64,000 nt of DNA, from assembly GCA_047285305.1 (NCBI GenBank), contig JBJBDL010000003.1, positions 1,600,001-1,664,000 on the forward strand, in the 5' to 3' direction. Shown here one piece after another: positions 58,183 through 64,000 of the stretch (position 1 is its first letter; the number at the start of each line of letters is the position of its first letter). The position numbers were made by a program, and so were the translations under genes. The notes under the pieces were generated by a model. It was not told the DNA's origin and ran no database searches. It was given only the letters and a program-made list of their open reading frames with translations. Source of the stretch: Synechococcus sp. (GTDB lineage Bacteria > Cyanobacteriota > Cyanobacteriia > PCC-6307 > Cyanobiaceae).

Positions 58183-58565
58183 ACCTGTCGCCCATAGGTG
58201 GGGTGGATGAACAGCGGTACCTTCGATTGCAATTAGAAGAAGGGCCCTCTCGGACTCCACTACTGAATGAGAGACCCCTGCCGGCTCAGTCTCCGGCAGG
58301 AAAGCCCAGATCATTGTGAATTTCCGCTGGGCGTTGTCAAAACCTTCAGGCCCTAACCCTGCTTTAGCCAAGCAAAGAACAGCGGCTCTTTAGACGCAAC
58401 AAGATGTACCAGGTCGATGGATGGGGAAAATCTCGCGCCTGTTGTCTCGCCCTACAAATCAGACCCGTAGATCCCATCAGCAAAGGCAAACCATCAACCA
58501 GTAAGCCTCCAGGCGCACAGGCCTACGCAGAAACATGCCACCAAGACTGATCTGGGCCCTAGAAG

Positions 58566-59156
58566 CTATCCAATTCTGCTGAGAATCGGCTCCAGATCGA
58601 AGTTGTAGCCCCGAGCAACAAGATCTGCGCGGCGCCTCAAAGGGTGAATGAAGCGACGCTCACCTGGGAGCATTTCGCGCAGAATCTGACGAATCACATA
58701 CGAAGCCGGCCTCTGCCTGTCGCGAACATCACGCCAGAGACGCTTTATCAACCTCTGCAGAAGTGGGGTTTCGACGTACACGACCAGCGAGATGGGCACA
58801 GCCTCCAACAGATGTTGTGGACCATAGGAGCCTTCCACCAGAACCAGGTCATAGGGCTGCTGCAACAACCTGGAACTGACCATGCGGCTGCGCATGTCGT
58901 AACTGCGCAGCGCGCTCAACTGGCGGTAGCGAACAGCGCTGAGCTGCAACCTCAGCTGATCCGCGTCAATGGCATCCACCGTGTCGAAGCCATAGCGCGA
59001 GCTAGGCGACCAACCACAGCGGTAGTAGTCGTCGCAGGAGATCAGCAGCGGATGACGACCCCTGGCACAAAGTTGCTCGGCCAGACGGGCGGCCAGGGTT
59101 GTTTTGCCGGCCGCAGAAGGCCCGCAGATGCATACCAGAGGAACTGCTCCAGACAA
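58566..59156 (-). CDS. udk: Uridine kinase family protein
   Basis: ICGPSAAGKTT, DDYYR, VLVEG and RDVRDR. Confidence 0.82.
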   Translation of the reverse strand: MSGAVPLVCICGPSAAGKTTLAARLAEQLCARGRHPLLISCDDYYRCGWSPSSRYGFDTVDAIDADQLRLQLSAVRYRQLSALRSYDMRSRMVSSRLLQQPYDLVLVEGSYGPQHLLEAVPISLVVYVETPLLQRLIKRLWRDVRDRQRPASYVIRQILREMLPGERRFIHPLRRRADLVARGYNFDLEPILSRIG

Positions 59157-59215
59157 GCGCTGTCTTCATCCAGGACCATGCTGGCAACGCCGTCCCAAAG
59201 GAAGGAGGAAAAATA

Positions 59216-59229
59216 GTAGCCGTTGATAC
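59216..59229. promoter_or_regulatory. NtcA binding site
   Basis: GTA-GCCGTTGA-TAC, a perfect GTA-N8-TAC, 10 nt upstream of a TAGGGT -10-like hexamer. Confidence 0.75.
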
Positions 59230-59251
59230 AAATTGAGACTAGGGTGTGGTC

Positions 59252-59308
59252 ACGTTGAGCCTCATCAACAGGCCGCAGTCAGATCCACGCCAAGCAACGG
59301 GGGCGTGG
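59252..59308 (+). promoter_or_regulatory. Glutamine-II (Downstream-peptide) riboswitch
   Basis: P1 CGTTG/CAACG, hairpin GCCT/AGGC, CGCAG core and pseudoknot CCACGCC/GGCGTGG, ahead of a DUF4278 ORF. Confidence 0.85.
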
Positions 59309-59326
59309 GCACCGCGCAAGAGAGAG

Positions 59327-59569
59327 ATGAACACCCTTCAACTGATCAAGGCACGGACTGTGCGCAATCAGGCCATCGAAACGGCCAGGACACAGATGGC
59401 ACGGGCCTACCGCCACCAAGGCCACACCGACCGGGTCCACACCCCGGTGGGTAGCAAAACAAAGGTGCTGCGCTATCGCGGCGTCTCCTACGCACCGATC
59501 GACCCACAACAGCACTCAAGCGGTGGGAGGGAACTGCGTTACCGGGGCGTCAGCTACGACGTGTACTGA
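59327..59569 (+). CDS. DUF4278 protein (IF17-like glutamine synthetase inactivating factor candidate)
   Basis: MNTLQLIK... with two LRYRGVSY motifs. Confidence 0.85.
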   Translation: MNTLQLIKARTVRNQAIETARTQMARAYRHQGHTDRVHTPVGSKTKVLRYRGVSYAPIDPQQHSSGGRELRYRGVSYDVY

Positions 59570-59592
59570 AGACACATTTTTATCCATAAATG

Positions 59593-59617
59593 AAGCGGGG
59601 GACACCCCCGCTTTTTT
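59593..59617 (+). terminator. Intrinsic terminator after DUF4278
   Basis: AAGCGGGGG-aca-CCCCCGCTT followed by tttt. Confidence 0.85.
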
Positions 59618-59753
59618 CATGGTTGTTGTGGGCCACGTCAAAAAACGAACGAAATGAGCCCTAACCCGGGACAACACCGAAACCCCGGCTTTTTGTACCA
59701 ATGATTTCGGGGCTGATGCTCTGTCAGCCCTGCGATGAAGCGAACGGCAAGGC

Positions 59754-59879
59754 TCAGTTCTTGTCTCCGCCCTTGGGCACGAACGCCTGTGATGCTGCGA
59801 CGAGAAGCCCGGTGATCAGCAGGGCCGGAAGAATGACAGTCGGACCGCCTGGAGCTGTCTGGGAGGCGAACAACAGCAT
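59754..59879 (-). CDS. Small membrane peptide (41 aa)
   Basis: MLLFASQTAPGGPTVILPALLITGLLVAASQAFVPKGGDKN. Confidence 0.55.
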   Translation of the reverse strand: MLLFASQTAPGGPTVILPALLITGLLVAASQAFVPKGGDKN

Positions 59880-59965
59880 GGTCTGGCAATAAACACCATT
59901 GATCACCTTGGCAGAACAGAGAGAAAACAGCGACCCCTGCAAATGTTTGTCGCAGAGGCCAAGGC

Positions 59966-60157
59966 TCAGCAGATCACGACGGGAAAGAGAAAAAGCTCCC
60001 CCTGCACGGCATCACAGGCTCGAACAGAAGCGGTGGGCCTGGCACGAGGTTTCGCCACAGCTGAGGCTGCCGCCGGAAACGCCTTGCGGGGTCGGATCAA
60101 GGAATGACGCATCCACTCGTCAGCGCGGAAGGTGGCGTAAGGAGAACTCGCAGCCAT
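59966..60157 (-). CDS. Small putative SOS-regulated protein (63 aa)
   Basis: ATG ORF 12 nt from tandem LexA-type boxes; ends VQGELFLFPVVIC. Confidence 0.6.
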   Translation of the reverse strand: MAASSPYATFRADEWMRHSLIRPRKAFPAAASAVAKPRARPTASVRACDAVQGELFLFPVVIC

Positions 60158-60169
60158 GAGTTTGGGAGC

Positions 60170-60197
60170 AGTACATCTGTTTTAGTGCACATGTACT
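60170..60197. promoter_or_regulatory. Tandem LexA-type SOS boxes
   Basis: AGTAC-ATC-TGTTTT and AGTGC-ACA-TGTACT, abutting. Confidence 0.68.
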
Positions 60198-60254
60198 ACA
60201 GCGTCAACCCAGGCTCTCTCCGCAACAATCACGGGACCCACCGCCCATCCGCAG

Positions 60255-60506
60255 GTGACGCAACAGGATGACGCCATCGGCAGCCGCTTGAGCCGGATCG
60301 AAGCTCGGCTGACCAGGATTGAAGAGCTTCTGCTCAGCGCAGGAGTTGGCGAAGGTCAGAACCCATCAGCAGCGCAAGAACAGTGCTATGAGGCATGGAT
60401 CCACTATCTGAACAACACCCCTGAGGCCGTCGAAGCTCACCTCACCACCCACGAGATGGCCGCCCTCAAAGCCTCCATCAACGCCCAAGTTCCAAGCGAT
60501 TCGTAG
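60255..60506 (+). CDS. Hypothetical protein
   Basis: 83 aa with a coiled-coil-like N-terminus RLSRIEARLTRIEELL. Confidence 0.55.
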   Translation: MTQQDDAIGSRLSRIEARLTRIEELLLSAGVGEGQNPSAAQEQCYEAWIHYLNNTPEAVEAHLTTHEMAALKASINAQVPSDS

Positions 60507-60508
60507 AG

Positions 60509-60799
60509 TTATACACAGCTTTTCCACAGGGCCAAAACAACTGATCCTGGCGAGCGCAGTGGTTTTGGCTGTCGGCGTGGAAAAAAGCCTCAGACGCTCA
60601 GCGGAAACCTACGGATCCTGCCGTTCAACGTGAAGAATGCTGTGCTGGGCGTTGATTTCAAGCAACAAATGCATCAGTGATTTCGAAAATGCATCACGTG
60701 GCAACGAAGCGCTCCCTGCTGTGAACGAAGCAACCAATCCTGAGGAGAAGCTTCAAGGCACCGATCCGCCAGAGGAGTTGGTTGAAAAACTGTGGAAAA
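60509..60799. promoter_or_regulatory. Cluster of DnaA-box matches
   Basis: TTATACACA at 60509, TTTTCCACA at 60520, CGTGGAAAA at 60576 (1 mismatch, minus) and TGTGGAAAA at 60791 (minus). Confidence 0.55.
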
Positions 60800-60980
60800 A
60801 AAAAGATTCTGTTGTGATCACTGCAGACAGCCGGGGGACGTGCATTTCCGGGTGAGCACCGCCCAACTCGCGGACTGGATCCTAGTGTGCGAAACCTGCT
60901 GGCCGAACTTTCGCGAACAAGCTGGTTATCGCTATGGAGGAACACGCAAGGCCAACCGCCGCAAGCGAAAGCGGCGGTAG
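60792..60980 (+). CDS. Small basic CxxC...CxxC (Zn-ribbon-like) protein
   Basis: CDHC...CETCW...YRYGGTRKANRRKR. Confidence 0.65.
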   Translation: MEKKRFCCDHCRQPGDVHFRVSTAQLADWILVCETCWPNFREQAGYRYGGTRKANRRKRKRR

Positions 60981-60992
60981 CAGGACGAAGGC

Positions 60993-61316
60993 TCAGATCA
61001 GTTCACATTGGTGGCGAATCACCGTGCCACGGCGTTCCCAAAATTCCGGCGCTGATTCATCAACTACACGCCACCACCAACGGCCATCGGTGTAACTGGG
61101 TGCACCAGCATTGTTGGTGCGCGGGAGTTGCAACTCCACATCGCGCCAGCGCAGCAGAACCCCGTCACCCGGCAGAGTTCCCTCCAACGTGTTGGGAAGA
61201 CCTTCCGCCAGCCCGGTGAGATCGACGGCTCCCCGCGTGATCTCAACACTGAGCAGATCCCCATCGCAGATCCAATCGGCCCATGACGGCTGGGGAGCCA
61301 GTGACAAGGAGAGCAT
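60993..61316 (-). CDS. Hypothetical secreted protein
   Basis: WICDGD...LQLPRTNNAGAPSYTDGRWWW; start is uncertain. Confidence 0.68.
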   Translation of the reverse strand: MLSLSLAPQPSWADWICDGDLLSVEITRGAVDLTGLAEGLPNTLEGTLPGDGVLLRWRDVELQLPRTNNAGAPSYTDGRWWWRVVDESAPEFWERRGTVIRHQCELI

Positions 61317-61357
61317 CAACAACGCCAGGCCCAGGCCCTTCGCGACAGAATTCAGCA

Positions 61358-61744
61358 ATGCTGTTGACCCTCATCTACGACGGCGGATGCCCATTCTGTC
61401 GAGAGTTCGCCCTCCGCAGTGAGCTCCAGGCGGGTGTTCCCAACCTGCGCATTGTTGACGGGCGCGCCGATCACAAGATCCGGCGCAAGCTCAATGCTCT
61501 CGGACTGCCTCTGCGCAATGGCGCCGTGCTGATCGAAGGGGAGCAGAAGTGGCATGGCAGCGAAGCTATTGCAGAACTCAGCCGGCGCATGAACCCCAGC
61601 GATCCCCTGCTCGGGCTGCTGGCCAAGCTGTTCGGTGACAACCAACGTTCAGCACTGGCTTATCCAGCCCTATTGGCAGCCCGGCGCCTGGCACTCGCCA
61701 CCCGCGGGCTGAGCGTTGACCCGGATCAAGCTCGATCACGCTGA
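61358..61744 (+). CDS. DCC1-like thiol-disulfide oxidoreductase (DUF393)
   Basis: LIYDGGCPFC...GSEAI...YP. Confidence 0.85.
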   Translation: MLLTLIYDGGCPFCREFALRSELQAGVPNLRIVDGRADHKIRRKLNALGLPLRNGAVLIEGEQKWHGSEAIAELSRRMNPSDPLLGLLAKLFGDNQRSALAYPALLAARRLALATRGLSVDPDQARSR

Positions 61745-61892
61745 CGCAATGAGCCAAAACACGGGTGGTCGCAACCAATACCCCTGAACTACGGTCGAAG
61801 CACAGCCAAAGATTTTCTTAAGCATCGATCCTGATCCCTTTGTTCCTGACGCGCTGAGCCATCAGCAACTCAACGCCTTGCTGAAAGCGGCG

Positions 61893-62114
61893 ATGGACAC
61901 ATCTGCCGTTCCTGAAGGGCAACTCAGCGATGACGAACTGCTCCGCGCAGCACTCAGTGCATGGGCAGACCAAACCCAGGAGTTGCTGCGTTGGATTGAA
62001 GGTCAGGGCGATGCAGTGAGCGACACGCGATCGCCCAAGCAGGTGATGGCGCTGGGAAGTTTTCGCACCCATCTTGTGATGGGCCTCAAGGCACTTCGTT
62101 ATTCCGAAGGCTGA
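61893..62114 (+). CDS. Small conserved hypothetical protein
   Basis: ALSAWADQTQELLRWIE...LGSFRTHLVMGLKALRYSE. Confidence 0.65.
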   Translation: MDTSAVPEGQLSDDELLRAALSAWADQTQELLRWIEGQGDAVSDTRSPKQVMALGSFRTHLVMGLKALRYSEG

Positions 62115-62392
62115 GCCCGCTGCTGCCCCCGACGAAAGTCACAACACTCCTCGAGAACGGAAAGAAACTGTTCTGGCTCCGGTTGATCGTCAAGATCGAA
62201 GCGTGTGGCTGTGGTCACCGTGAAGTTGATCCAGGTTTCCACTTCTGGGCCGCCGGATGCCATCACAAGGTCGTAGCAGGCCTGAAAATTTGAATCGGGT
62301 GCAAGATCACGCGCCGCATTGATGACGTCATAAAACTCATCCATACCCTCAGTTTGGGCATCAGCAAAGACGGCACGAATGCGATCCAGCAT
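62099..62392 (-). CDS. Hypothetical acidic protein
   Basis: 97-aa ATG ORF with protein-like composition. Confidence 0.6.
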   Translation of the reverse strand: MLDRIRAVFADAQTEGMDEFYDVINAARDLAPDSNFQACYDLVMASGGPEVETWINFTVTTATRFDLDDQPEPEQFLSVLEECCDFRRGQQRAQPSE

Positions 62393-62708
62393 CAGCAAGC
62401 ACGCTCAAGCTCAACAACAGAAAGCTCTGCAGTGAAGTTGGAGGCTTTGTCTTCGAGCTCAAGAAGTTCTGCGTTGAGCTCCAGCAACATCAATGCCAAG
62501 GAGGACGCAAATTCGATGCAGAACGAGTCGTCTTTCACAGCGCCACCGCGTTGAGTTCGCAGGTTCTAATCAACTCAGCAAGTTGGACGTGGATTCCGCA
62601 ATCCTGCTTTACATCGACAACGAAAAATGAGAAATAACTGCACAATCTGTATCGAAAAATCAAATCCGCCGCGAACGTTGAACAGTTTCGCTAAGTGGGG
62701 CTGAACCC

Positions 62709-63569
62709 TTAGGCCGCAACAGGTTCCAGCATGGAGCTGATGCTGGGCTGAAATCCGATTTCACGCAGCCGAGCGTTGCTGACACGGGCATTGAAGATGC
62801 GTGCACCTGGGCGATCGTGGTTGTCCCAGATCACAGGGGGCAATCCGAAGTCATCACACAAGGCATAGGAAAGCTGACGCCGGGTTAACTGGAGATCATC
62901 CACAAGGTTGTAGGTGCCTTGGAGACGCCGGCCGAAAGCGAAATCAACACCGCGAATGATGTCGTGAAGATGAACCCAGGCATTGATGTGATTGCCGTTC
63001 TTGCGAACCGACTGCCCAGCAGCACTGCGGATGTACGACGGGATGTCCTTGCCAGGACCGTAGATACCACCGAGCCGCAGCACACAGGCCTGGGTTGAAG
63101 CGTCGTTCAAGGCAAGAACAGACGTCTCGGCGCTGGCCAGAAGAGCGTTGGCGTTATTGGAACAATCCGGAGGGGTCAGCTCATTGCAGATCGCGCCGGC
63201 CTGATCGCCATACACCCCTGCACTGCTCAGGTAGGTCACATGCAGCGGTCGACGCCCCTGGCGCTGACGCAGCGCCTCAACAAGAGCCGGCACCGCCTGG
63301 CCGTAAACCTTCTCGTACTGATCTTCTTCGAAGGTGTCGATGGTGGGCGCCATCGCAATCAGCACACCATCTAGCCGATCCAGGAAACTGGCATCCGCCA
63401 TCGGATCGCCAGCGCAGTAGAGGCGGGGGTGGTCGACCAGATCGCATAGTTCAGCCAACCGTCCGGGGCTGGTGGTGGTGCCTACAACCTCATGGCCTTG
63501 GCGCCTGAGATGGGTCGAGAAAGCGGATCCGACATATCCACAACCCACAATCCCGAAACTGCCTGGCAT
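62709..63569 (-). CDS. NAD-dependent epimerase/dehydratase (SDR)
   Basis: IVGCGYVG, YLSSAGVYGD and LRLGGIYGPG. Confidence 0.88.
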   Translation of the reverse strand: MPGSFGIVGCGYVGSAFSTHLRRQGHEVVGTTTSPGRLAELCDLVDHPRLYCAGDPMADASFLDRLDGVLIAMAPTIDTFEEDQYEKVYGQAVPALVEALRQRQGRRPLHVTYLSSAGVYGDQAGAICNELTPPDCSNNANALLASAETSVLALNDASTQACVLRLGGIYGPGKDIPSYIRSAAGQSVRKNGNHINAWVHLHDIIRGVDFAFGRRLQGTYNLVDDLQLTRRQLSYALCDDFGLPPVIWDNHDRPGARIFNARVSNARLREIGFQPSISSMLEPVAA

Positions 63570-63634
63570 GCCTGGTCAAACACCTTTTACAGAATTTAAC
63601 GAACGCGCCTTGGGCGTGCCGTGACAATGGAGAC

Positions 63635-64000
63635 ATGATCTCGATGATCCTCAACCTGCTCTGGGTTGTTCTCGGCGGACTTCCGATGGCTCTGGCCTGG
63701 TGGCTGGCAGCGCTGATTTGCGCCATCACCACCGTTGGCTTGCCATGGGCACGGTCGTGCTGGGTGATCGGCTGTTTCTCGCTCTGGCCCTTCGGCTCCG
63801 AAGCCATGAGCCGTCGTCAGCTCAGAGGACGAGGTGATCTGGGGACGGGCCCCCTGGGTGCGCTCGGCAATGTGCTCTGGTTCCTTGTGGCCGGCTGGTG
63901 GCTGGCACTGGGTCACCTCAGCAGCGCACTGGCCTGTTTTGTCACGATCATCGGCATTCCCTTTGGCATTCAGCACATAAAACTGGCTTTGATTGCCCTG
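63635..64000 (+). CDS. yccF: YccF-domain inner membrane protein (3' end outside window)
   Basis: Manual translation: ILNLLWVVLGG...LWPFG...GNVLWFLVAGWWLALGHL...TIIGIPFGIQHIKLA. Confidence 0.88.
   Translation, partial: MISMILNLLWVVLGGLPMALAWWLAALICAITTVGLPWARSCWVIGCFSLWPFGSEAMSRRQLRGRGDLGTGPLGALGNVLWFLVAGWWLALGHLSSALACFVTIIGIPFGIQHIKLALIAL

Noticed and set aside
58183..58560. ORF 58018-58371 and the surrounding intergenic DNA
   Set aside because: It overlaps a better ORF on the other strand, and I found no recognisable motif or structure.
62392..62620. Possible frameshifted small gene (…ELNAVAL / VKDDSFCIEF…)
   Set aside because: It could equally be a 48-aa GTG-start ORF or non-coding; there is not enough evidence without homologues.
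1..64000. HIP1 (GCGATCGC) repeats, IS elements, CRISPR arrays, tRNA/rRNA and anti-phage defence operons
   Set aside because: HIP1 occurs only sporadically, and none of the others was recognisable. MazG and the Lhr helicase sit in ordinary housekeeping contexts.

Overview
A 64-kb stretch of chromosome from a marine picocyanobacterium. The gene set (psaK, petN, psb29, ftsH2, hli, ggpS), about 60% GC and scarce HIP1 sites point to marine Synechococcus subcluster 5.1; this assignment is an inference. Most of the window is conserved backbone: ggpS with a sugar ABC transporter, csaB, psaK, dxs, ilvA, scpB, pyk, ftsH2, clpP, psb29, petN, clpS, purK, aroB, nadA, an exonuclease/ATP-dependent ligase/Lhr-helicase repair cluster, an mntABC-type transporter, nth, a ferredoxin and udk. 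Stretches rich in small genes lie at about 23-26.5, 43-47 and 57-62.7 kb. Non-coding features missed by the ORF track are a 6S RNA downstream of purK, a Yfr2-type sRNA and a glutamine-II riboswitch with an NtcA box ahead of a DUF4278 gene. The main observations are: (1) a ~2.1-kb integrase-less element in the 3' end of the 6S RNA gene, bounded by a 51-bp direct repeat and GTGGGG(G)T tandem arm-like sites; (2) three LexA-type boxes directly upstream of small genes, one of which encodes a peptide with a QGELF beta-clamp-like motif; (3) a cluster of DnaA boxes about 300 bp from that gene; (4) several freshly broken accessory genes. No CRISPR array, IS element, tRNA or rRNA was found. All product calls come from recognising motifs by eye, not from database searches.
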